A DNA stretch of 63,836 nt, counting the filler, from Intoshia linei (taxonomy: Eukaryota > Animalia > Orthonectida): NCBI GenBank assembly GCA_001642005.1. It is 8 parts of 8 records of this genome, joined end to end, with 100 filler letters (N's around TTAATTAATTAA, not from the genome) between each part and the next. Parts side by side here need not be neighbours in the genome. Positions count along the whole stretch, not along the records: positions 21,331 to 46,367 come from LWCA01000511.1; 7 more parts are not named here. One strand, given 5' to 3'. The notes below the pieces were generated by a model, which saw only the letters and a list, made by a program, of their open reading frames with translations, made no database searches and was not told the origin of the DNA. The translations under genes were made by a program, and so were the position numbers. Within the stretch, counting starts at the first letter, position 1. Each line of letters begins with the position of its first letter. Of the stretch, positions 26,413 through 37,948 are shown in pieces.

Positions 26413-27400
26413 CAGATCAAATTTAACTTTAATTTATTGTGAGAAATTGACAGTAAATATTAAGTCTGGTTTGATTCAAATTTTGGAATTATGTTTGTAA
26501 AACTAAGTATTTTTATCAATCAAAATAGAAAAATCATGTTTATCAAAAAGTGGACGAACATCTTTCTAAATTTTGATTAAAGTTAATTTTACCTTCACCG
26601 TGTCGAAAAGTATAGTTTCGTTAGGGCAGCTGTCTCCAAGCTTTTGAGTGGTATGGACGCAATTTATAACAATTTACCAATATGTAATAACTGGTATCAA
26701 ATTATAAAAAAACATCACAAAATTTTTTAAATTGAACACAACCAAGCGGCGATATGCGTACAATAAGTAGTCACGATAAATCATGTAATATTAATTTTAA
26801 AAAAATCTTAGGTCTAGTAAAAAAATTTATTTTGAGAAAAAGGTATTAAGATTGTTGCAATCATCAGCCTTAGGGTATGGTAAACTCGATTATTTTCATT
26901 AACTTTAATAAAATCAACCATTCTAATAGTTATTTGAATAATTTTCAAAAAAACAGTAACATATAACCGAACCTACCTTGCTCGACGCCACCACCGAAAA
27001 TGAAAAATATACACCTAAAGCAAATTTAGCAAACGATACGTAGTGTCATATATCCTAGCCACCTCTCCAATACTCTTGGCTTAAAATTTTTAATTTTTCG
27101 AATCTATACAATCTAATTTATTAACATTAAAATCATTAGTTAATTCAAGAATATAATATTTTTACACCTCAATTTCGAAAATTGTGTAACCATTTTACAA
27201 AAATGTCGTCGAAACCACTCTAAGAGTGACCTCGGAGTACGGCAGGTTCAACACCGCATACGCTACAAAAAAATAAAATAAGAAACATAATTCACTAAGA
27301 CTATAAGTTTTAGACCGAAAAATTTACTCATAAAAAAATTCAAATTGATAGATTAAATTTTTTTGAAACTTTCCTGTATTTAAAGGAGCAAAAACAGATA

Positions 27401-30400
27401 TCATTTATTAATATTTTTAAATATAATACTATTCATAATAATGCGTAATTTTGTAATAAAGGTAGAAATATTAATTAAATCTAATTGAATCTCTTCAATA
27501 TTATTAATTAATCTGGTAGGTACAGAGTCCATACAAGAAGGGAAATTTTTGTTGAGAGGTTCTTCAGTATCGCAATTTTGCAATTGATTAATGTATTTTT
27601 CGTAGAAATTACCGTCTATATATTTAATAAATAATCTAACTCCAGATGTTTGATTAATGGTGACAATCAAAATTCTAAAATTACAAATTATATACAGGCT
27701 CATTTCTATTTAACAGAAAAAAATTTTTGATTAACTATTAATGAACTATTCTCATGTAAATCAAAATATTCTCATTATTTCATTGTTTTAATACAGTGGT
27801 TGCCGGTTAAAATAGTGTATGGACCCCCATTTGAAAATATTTACTTTTTTGAACACCAAGGGAAACATAAAACATTGATGAAAAAATTAAAGTTAAAATT
27901 TTTCATAATAGAATTTAGAAAATCGTGTTTTTCAAAATAATATTGAAAAAAGAGGATATTTCCTTTTAGCGTTGGTAATATTGGAGTTTTATTGTGAGGT
28001 TGAAATAAGAGATGTTTCTCTTAAGATTTGGTAAAATCGTGTTTTTAAAAAAAATATAAATACAAAATTCCCTAAAGGGTTGGTGAAATGGGACGTTTTA
28101 TTTTGTAGTTAGATTAAGTGAATTTTTCATAAGGTTTCGTAAAATCGGATTTTGAATAAAAATATCGGAAAAATTCAATTTTTCCTTGAGGGCTTCAAAT
28201 GGTATTTTTTATAAAATTATAGTAATGGTGGGATAAAAGTGTAATTTTTGAAATAAGATTTTGGGATAATCAACATCTATAAACTATGTAATAAATATTA
28301 TAAATAAACAAAAGTTGATCAAAATTTTTTCATATTTTATTTGAATCTCACGGGCCCAAGGCATATAATTTCGGACCCCAATAGGGAACCACTGTTTTAA
28401 TGTATACATTATTTATAAAAAATTCCGTTATTGAGAATATTTTTCCAATATAATTCCTCGTTGACGGAATGAGATTTTTTCCAAGGCCAATTATTCCGTT
28501 AACAAGAAATCAGCCTGTATTTGAAAGTGAAATTGTCAATTGTTTAAATTTGCTGTTACAACAAAAAAATATTAAATTTACTAACTACAGTAGTAATTTT
28601 AATTTATTTGTTAAATTTAACAATTAATAAATGTAAGGTTTACAGTTGGAGAAAACCACATTTCATAAATAGGTGAATTTAATCATTTTCCTAAAGTCAA
28701 CTAATTAGACGCTAAAATTACAGTAATTTTTTTTATTCTTTTTTATCTATGCTATAATATAAATTCAAATCATTTTTTTAAGTATAAGACAAGCCTTTTT
28801 TATGTTTATTTAAGTTAAGTTAATTAAGTTTTTTATGAAAATTTACCATCTATTTCAAATTTCCCCTTTTCACAGTAACATAATTGTATTTACAATAAAA
28901 CTGGGATGTTTAATGTTGTTTAAACTTTAAAGTGATGAATTTTTTGAACTTTGACAATATTATATTTCAACCAAATATTAAGAAACAAATCCAAATTACA
29001 AGACAGTACTGCTCACTTTAACATTTAAGATTATGTTATCAATGATAAGTTACTAATATAAACATTTTTTCAACAATAAAATCTCACATATCATTTCACG
29101 GACTTGCTTTTAATTTTGTCATATCAAAGGGTTAGATGTCACGGGATAATAATTTCTTGCAATTGGACAGACTCATTGATATACTATTTAATTAATTTAA
29201 AAATTCAAAAAATTACACAGAGTCATTTGGATCTGCAAGTATGGAATATGTATGCTTAAAAAGATGTGAACAGTTGACTATCGAATTACGATTAAATGAA
29301 GAGGATATATTGTTCCATCGAAGTTCGCTAGCCAATTCATCAATAATGTAAATTAAATGTTGTATAGACTAAAATACATAATAAATAAAAATTTGTAATA
29401 CGAACCAAAGTATGAATGAAATTGTAAATAGCCTTTTTTTCTGGTCGCAGGACAACTTTTCTAATATCTGCACAAAAAAATTCGATGGAGTCACTATTTA
29501 CTTTAACTTTTGTATGAGATCTAGATAAAATAAATATTATAGATAAATATAAAAAAAATACTTGTAATACGGATGACCAACAGAAAAAAACGTTATTCTA
29601 TACATTGTATAATCACATGAAACTAGAGTAAAAACGTTTAATCGAATTAACGGATCAGTTATTTCACATTCAAAATCATCTACCACTTGTAAAAATCTAA
29701 GTCATATCGTGTTATTATTTTAAATTGTTTGATAAATTAAAAATAAATATACATTTGCTTAATAATGGAATGATTGGCCATATCGTGTAAAGTTTTTAAA
29801 ATTTGATTTCTAAAATTAAAATTAAAAAGTATATTGAAATATAAACCTATCTGTATTAAATTTACGACGATATAATTTTCCTTTACAAGCGTATAACTGC
29901 TTCTTAGAAATTTCCCCCTGTAAGCTTCTCGATGGAGGAAGCCAACAATAATTCATATTTTCATTAATTTGGAACTGGTGCCATATTTTCAACAAACACA
30001 TTTTCATTTTACTCATTAATACACTCTCATTTACAACGTCATTTCGTGATGCCTTTGATGGTTTATCTTTAGAAATTTCGTCAGTCTAAAATTAATCAAA
30101 TTGATAAAACACCTGATTTAATCATTGATAGTCAGTTATGAAATATTTAGTTGAAAATAAAAATAACATTTTATTAATTAAACTATGTATTTATCGTGCA
30201 ATTACATTACAAATACTATATTTTTATTTAAATAATTAATTACTAGTTAAATCTGTTAAAATAATCTCACAAAACTAATTTTTACTTTGTTGTAATTTAT
30301 AATTTCAAATTCTACACAAGTATGATTACCTCGATATGATTGGCATATTTTTGCATTAAGAAAAATGACAATTTTCCGCCTCCAATTAACTAAAAAATGA

Positions 30401-33140
30401 AATAAATTAAAAAAAATGCAAAGAACCTCACAGGTAATAACATTTTCATAAATAGAGGTACAAATAGTATCAGAAAATTGAACACACTCTGAACAAATAA
30501 CTGCAAAAAGTTCTCTACAAAATAAGACATTTTGCGCTTCATTTAAAATAGTATTAATAGGATCAAATTGACTTGGTACAGTTTTCACAAAATCGTTAAT
30601 TGAAACATTAAACGACAAAATATTATCTACACTCTGATCAGAATTTGAAAGTGTCACTAGAATCCAAGCTACAGCTTGCAAATTTGTTGGTAAAACAGCA
30701 TTTAGTAATTTAAATTTTTGATGTTTAGATTCATGTAAAATTTTATTTCTTTTAATTTCAATTATCCCCGTTTCCCAAAAATGCGATCCAGCGCTCCTGA
30801 AACTGACATCTACGTATATTTTATCATTTCTACTTATCACACGCCAGTGTTTGCATAAATTCAACAATTGAGATTTATATTCTGCATTTAATTTCAATGT
30901 TTCAAATGAAGGTTGTAGTGTAGAAAGGCCAGAACGTAAAGCTATAGATATAATTTGTGCAACCTAATTGTTAAATTTTAAAATTTTATCACAAAAATAA
31001 AAATACATTTCTTTGTAAAGATAGTTCTACTAAATTTTCAGCATCTTGTGGTTTTGAATTTGGTTCATTTTCTGTAAAATCTATACAATAATATTTTCCA
31101 TTTCTTAATATTTTTAATAAATCCAACAATCCACAAACTTCTGTTAACGAAAGTCTAAAAACAAATTACAAAATGAAACAATCGAAAAAATCGAAAAAAT
31201 GTTAAATCATTCGTTCATCAGGGATGAATCATTTTCTTATTTCTATATGACAATAGCGATTATTAAATTATATTATTTAATTAATTGTACTCGTAAAATG
31301 CCTTTATATTATTGGGAAACAGTAAATATATTTAAATTTTCATAATATAAAAATTATATATTACCAAACTGCACAACGAAATTTTGAGAATATTTTTTAC
31401 CAGACCGTAAATGGAGAGTCTTGTAAGATTTTTTTAATCAAACTGCAAAAAGGAATTTTAGATTATTTTTATACGAAACAGTAGAAAAGAATTTTCAAAA
31501 TATTTCTCTACCAAACCGTAAATGGAGACTTTTGTAAGATTTTTTTTAATCAAACTGCATGGAATAGTGATTGTAATTTACCGGGAAAAATAAAAATTTT
31601 TTATTCATATATAATAGAAAAGATTTCGTAAAATCGTATTTTTGAAAAGAATATCGGTGTAAGTCAATTTTTCAATAAGGGCTTAAAATGGTATTTTTAT
31701 TAGTAGTGGGATTTTTGAAATAGTTAAATTTTAAATATTACAATTTATAATATAATCATATTTTCATAGTAATAACAAATATAAATCAAATACAGGTATG
31801 TCTCAATTTTTTTCGGAAAATCCCGGAAATTATTAAATATCCCGGGAATTTTGTCCCGGCACAATCACTAGCAAGAAGGAATTTTAGATTATTTTTTTAC
31901 GAAACAGTAGAAGGAAATTTTCAGAATATTTTTTTAGCAAACCTTGAAGGGTAGTTTTTACGAATATTTTTTTAACGAAACACTTCAAAGTGAATTTTCA
32001 GAATAGTGATTTCCAAACTTTAATGGGGAGGGTTTTTTAATATTTCTTTAACCAAACCCTTGAATGGGATTTTGAAGATTTTTTTACCAAACATTTGAAA
32101 GTGAATTTTCAGATTATTTTTTTACGAAACAGTAGAAGGGAATTTTCAGAATAATTTTTTAACCAAATATTAAAGGGGATTTTTAGATTATTTCTTGACC
32201 CTCCTCTTCAAGGTTTGGTAAAATTATATTCTCAAAATTCCAATTTGAAGTTTGGTAAAAAATATGTTCATAATATATAATGTATAATTTTTATATTCTG
32301 AAGATTTAGACTCATTTACTGAGACATATTTCCCTAAAATCTATATTATTACACGCTATATTATTACCAATATTGCAGGTCATTTCATTTCATATAATTA
32401 ATAATCAACCATTATTATAATCATTAATCAAGAAAAAAATAAAATGTTTTACGTATATAAAGCTTTTAAATTAAACCGAAAAAGCTTTAGTATAATTGTG
32501 ATGCTAGTCATTTTAAGTTAAAATTTCATTGAATTTTTGTACTTTAGTTAAATTTAGTCCGTTAGATTAACTTAATCACTAATTTTTCTGTTAAATAGGA
32601 ATTATCCTGAATATACAACTTAGAGGTGAATTTACCATGATCGGGTCCCGAAAAATAACCTAAATATAAATTAAGTCTCTTCATGGGCATATATTTGATA
32701 TTTTAAATTTGGTACACAAAACAATTATGACAACATAATGGTCCATTTAAAAAATTGGTTGAGTTAATAATAAATTTTTTTGCTTTGTGGTTCCTTAATT
32801 TTTTAAATTTTCTTGCGATCCTGGGGATTTTTCATGGACCCAAATTGGATAACGCTGAAACATATCATAAGCCATCAATATTTATACTCACTTTAAATTT
32901 TCCAAAATATTGTTCCATCTAGATCGTGTTGATAAAATGGCTTCTTTATGTTGATCGATTATTGGTCCTTGAATACATTTAATTTTATTTTTAAATTTTT
33001 TTGATGATGTCAATTTTCTAAAATGTATACATAAAAACGTTGAAATACTATCAAAACTCTTTATATATTATATTTTCATTTAATTCAATTTTATCTATTG
33101 ATAGTTCATCTTTTGGTAAAAGGTTTAATCGATACGCCAT
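27401..33140 (-). CDS. MED17: Mediator complex subunit 17 (multi-exon)
   Basis: RWNNILENLK|LSLTEVCGLLDLL (cf. [22 protein letters not shown]); HWRVISRNDKIYVDVSFRSAGSHF (cf. GDKILGDLSYRSAGS.F); EAQNVLFCRELF; C-terminal FITKLRIIMNSI; ATG 33140, stop 27401. Confidence 0.88.
27794..28394. mobile_element. hAT-type MITE with internal ~115-bp tandem units
   Basis: Ends CAGTGGTTGCC / GGGAACCACTG; TSD TTTTAATA / TTTTAATG (7/8); unit starting AAAATCGTGTTTTT repeats about 3 times (27920-28200). Confidence 0.75.
31312..32335. mobile_element. foldback-like element with long TIRs, internal ~30-bp minisatellite and nested MITE (31565-31870)
   Basis: 31312-31360 matches the reverse complement of 32270-32335; unit ~GAATTTTCAGAATATTTTTTACCAAACC repeats across 31360-32200 and is inverted at 32200-32265; nested TAGTGATTGT...ACAATCACTA. 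Confidence 0.6.
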
Positions 33141-34328
33141 TTTTTACAGTCAATTTAATGTCAATCAAGTTGAATTTAAATTAAAAACTTAAATTTATAA
33201 AAATTTTACACATCAAGAGTTAATAATAATGACTCAACAGTGAAAGTTATCATTTACATGATTTTTATTGATAATCATTAATCCAATTCGTAATTAAAGG
33301 TATATTTTATTAAATTTATCACTTTTGACTATATAAAAAGATGTACCATGTGATTTTATCTAATATTATAGTTATTATCTAATTTCTTTTAAATTGGATA
33401 GATAGTATAAAAAACTTTTAATTAGTTTTTTTATGACGACATAGATATGCTATTGAAACACATCTTTTGCTACATGTTAATTTCAAAAAATTTTGAAAAA
33501 AATGCAAATTGTTCGATTCATACATTTTTTTTTTAAAAATCATTATTTTTAAATTTTAATTTTTGTTTGCATTTGTGGATGTAAGAGTGATTTTAATATG
33601 ACAAAATGTTTGAAAAATAAAATTCATTAAATTTATCTTAAAATATAGCATTCTGATTGACGATATAAATTTCAAAACTAGTCTAATATATTAGATACTC
33701 ATTCAGAATTACCAAAAATACCGATTCTGAAATATACCTTTCGATATTTGTGAAACACCCTATTATAGTAGGTATTTTTTAAATGAATAAACAATGATCC
33801 CCGTTTAATTTGCTGCAAAATGATAAAAATAATTTTGACCTCAAAAAACTGAAATTGACCAATGACCATTTGAAATATAAACGAAAAAGTAGTCTTCAAT
33901 ACATTAGTTACTAGAGTTAATTTTACTGTGGTTGCACATTTTGAACTTTAGTAATAAAATGCTGAAGAGTCCTATATTTAAAAGTATAATTTAAAATGCT
34001 CATCTCCTATTTATTAAAATGTTGATTTTACTATTTTTATAACTTTAAATAATTCTTACGTCAAAGTTTAAGAATTACTGGTATATACGTATAATTTTAA
34101 CGACACTACTGTATCTTTAACCTATTTTTTAAAATCTATATGATGATTTGAATTAATGTAATTGGGAAATTACTACATTTTAATTTATTGCTTTGAAATT
34201 GAGCTACGAATTAATATATATGATTATTGATTTAAATTTGTTTTAGTTTAACAATCTTATTTTATTTTTGAATAACTACATTTAAACTACGATTTAGTGT
34301 TAATTCTTATGCTTGTATTTAGTTTTCT

Positions 34329-37300
34329 ATGAATTCAAATTTACCTCGATCTAATTCTGAACCTATTTCTACTACTACTGGTGAGTACATTGAAAATTAT
34401 GTTACAAAATTAAATAAAACCAATTGGAAAGTTCCATTGTATTACCAACAATTGACTAGTTTTGGTTTCGGAACTTACGGCCAAGTGTGGTAACATTTGA
34501 TCATAATTGCTAAATGTATATTAAACATTTAGTAAAGCAATGGACACTAAGCGTAATCGTTGGGTAGCCATAAAAAAATTGGCTCGACCTTTTTCATCTA
34601 GTGCCCATGCTAAACGAACTTTTCGTGAAATATTTTTACTTAAACGTTTAAAACACGATAATGTAATTTTATTAATGTAAATCTATGTTTATTTTTCAAT
34701 TATGTAAAAATAATATTGATTGATTTATATTTACATTTTAATTTTATTATTATTGCCACAATTCATTGTGGCCATGTTTAAAATTAAAATTTTTTTTATA
34801 TTAATACTTTTAAACAGATAATAAAACTTTTCGAACTATACTCTTCGGATAATGATTATGCATCTCTCCATGATATGTTTGTTTTTTTGTTTTAATTTCA
34901 AGATTTTTTAGATATATTATTACAGAATTAATGGGTGGAGATTTAAGCAATGTTATTAAATCTCAACAACTTTCTCCAGATCATATTGTATTTATTTCTT
35001 ACCAAATATTGCGTGGATTAAAGGTATACTATTTGTATTAATTAAGATTCAAATCAGACCCTTTTAAGATTGTTTACAAAGTTTATTATCTATATAATAT
35101 GTTTTGGTTAGTTTCGTTTTGCAAAGTAACCTTATAACGAACATTGAATATTCAACCCTAAATTATTTGTTATTTTATCTACCTTTATGATGTATTGTTT
35201 TTAAATTGTATCCGATATATTGTTAATATATACATTTTAGTTTATTCATTCAGCGGGAGTGATACATCGGGTACTTTTATTTTTGAATTATTCCATTATC
35301 TTTGAAAATAATTATAATTTCTTGTCAAAAATTAATTATATTAAAGGATTTGAAACCGGCAAACATTGGCATCAGCGAAAATTGTGATGTTAAGGTAATT
35401 TCATATTTATGGTGAATATTTTAAAATTTTTGAGGTAATGAAACTATTATTTTTTAAAATTTTGGTTAACAATTTGCTAACAACTAACCTTTTTATCGTT
35501 AACAAATTTAAAATACTCGATACATGTTTTTATTTAATTATTTATAGGTTGCTTCAAAACGCAGTCTACAATCTAGACTTTTTATAATTATAATCTGAAA
35601 TACTGAATAAAAATTTTTCATTTTTTCACAAATTGTTCTTCTTGATTATTATGTACTTTGTATAATTTTAAATCCAACTTAAATTTAATATTTAAAAAAT
35701 ATTGGTTGGTATTAAAATTTATGTTAAAAGTTATTTTTCACCGGGAATACGTCGATTTCTGGGGTTGCAATTTTGTATTGATATCAACTGGAATCAGCTG
35801 TATCACAATAGTCTCTTTTAATTATAGGACCATTATTTATTTCAAATTTTTCGAAAATAAAAAACAATTCATACTAAACTGCTTTTTTGGTCGTAAAGGC
35901 GTCACTCATTTAGATTCAATTTTTGTGTGTTAACAGGATACAACTGTATTATCTGTAATTTTTGTAAAATTCTATAGCTGTTTTCTCATTTAAAAAAGGT
36001 AATCTGTTGTTTTGAGCGTGAAAATCATCTTTTTTTAAGTTGCCATTTATGATGATGTTATGATTTTAAAAACTATGCCAGAATTTGTTTTATTAAAATT
36101 TTGGGCTGATTTTATTTTTAAATAAAATGTCAAATTTGGTTTTGACCCTGAAGGATTCACATTCGGAAACTGAAAAATAAATATCAACATCCCCATCGAA
36201 AAACTGTATTAGAAATTGGGGTTTTTTTAAATTCTACTACTGATAATTTTTTAAATATACTGTAACGCAAACATTCAATTTTATATTAGTAAGAGATTAC
36301 TTACGTATTCAGTTATTTTACAAACAATGATAATTTATTGAATTTTGAAGATTTTATTTACACTATTTGTTTAAAAACACAATTATTTAAAATGGTACTG
36401 ATTAAATACCATCTCACTCAAGGATTTTGTTAGTTTTTGCATTACTAATATGGTTATAATTGTTGATTGTATTCTATTTCATTTTTCCTAAATCAGAATT
36501 CCTAACTTAGTTATAATGTTGTTACTGGTATAGCAAAACCTTGATAACTAAGTTGAGACGTGGAAAGTTTATTTGAATTAAAAAAATGGACATGGGTGGA
36601 GTATGACACAGGCGTATGGAACCGAACAAAAAATTAAGGACACGGGAAATTTTACTGGCTTTAATATCAAAATATTTTTAACAAAAATGTTTCATCGATA
36701 TAATATAATACATTCTGTGATTTAAATTAAGTTGATTAAAATTGATTTATTGTCATTAAAAATTAAAATTTTTATCTGTATTTTGACTTAAATTATGGAG
36801 AAGTATGTACGGCTAGGGGAAATTATATAGGCCTTTTAGAAATTTGTGGAATTTTGTGAACCGGACCACATCCAGGAAAATTTCTGGTCAAAATGATATA
36901 AAACCCTTGGGTAACACTCGTATCGACCATCAATGTCGAGTAAAAAACTAATTTTTTTAATTAAGATTCTCGATTTTGGCTTAGCTCGTCAATCTGAAGA
37001 TGTAATGACGGGATATATATCTACACGGTGGTATAGAGCTCCAGAAGTCATGTTAAATTGGATGTGTTACACTGAAAAAGGTACTTGGTATTAATTTTAG
37101 AAATTTTCTGTACTCATTATATTTATTAGTGGATATTTGGTCAGTTGGTTGCATCATGATTGAAATGTTGACTCAAAAAGTGCTTTTCCCAGGGAATGAA
37201 CGTAATTATTTAATTCATCATAATATTACATTACATTTGTATTTAATGTTTTAGACGTTGATCAATTGAATAAAATTCTGGCTTTATTGGGTAAACCATC

Positions 37301-37931
37301 AAACGAATTAATTGAAAGTATTAATTCTATTGAGGTTTTATTTATTTTTATTGAAAAAATATTATTTATGTAGGCTCGTACATATGTAAAAAATTTACCC
37401 CCTTGGAGAAGACAAAACTTTTGTGAAATTTTTCCAATGATGTCGATAACAGGTTATTTTAAAAAATATTCACTTTAATATATTGTAATGTACAATAATT
37501 TAATATGTATTAACGTACAGTGCACTGCAGTGTATAACATGTAAGTATTTTTGAAAATATGCCAATAAATCGATTTATTCCTATGTAAAACAAAATATAT
37601 TGGTTTATTTGATTTAAAAGAATGGAATGTTTAAGCTAATTAGTGATTTAAATAAATGGAATGTTTAAAGCTAATTATTTATTTAGAATTGGATCTATAT
37701 GGAAATATTTTTATTTTAAACCCAACAAACCGATATTCCTCAATAGATTGTTTGGCTCACCCCTACTTTGAAAAATTTGCAAACCCAGAGGATGAACCCA
37801 CCTGTACACCTGTAGATACATCTTTAGAGAAGAAGGATTTACTTTTAATCGAATGGAAAAGTAATTTTATTAATTTTAAGCGAATCAACTAATTTAATTT
37901 AGAATGTATATACGATGAAATAATTGAATAA
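34329..37931 (+). CDS. p38: p38 mitogen-activated protein kinase
   Basis: GFGTYGQVC; [27 protein letters not shown]; GVIHR|DLKPAN; [32 protein letters not shown] (TGY activation motif); [15 protein letters not shown]; stop 37929-37931. Confidence 0.96.
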
Positions 37932-37948
37932 AAAATTCATATTAAAAT

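Noticed and set aside
27055-27331. Possible spliced selenoprotein MSKFFGLKLIVL|RMRC(TGA)TCR...
   Set aside because: No recognisable selenoprotein family, and no SECIS (ATGA...AA...GA kink-turn) visible downstream.
31360-32200. Regularly spaced ~30-bp repeats, CRISPR-like at first sight
   Set aside because: Degenerate head-to-tail units without unique spacers, inside a eukaryotic intron, with no cas genes.
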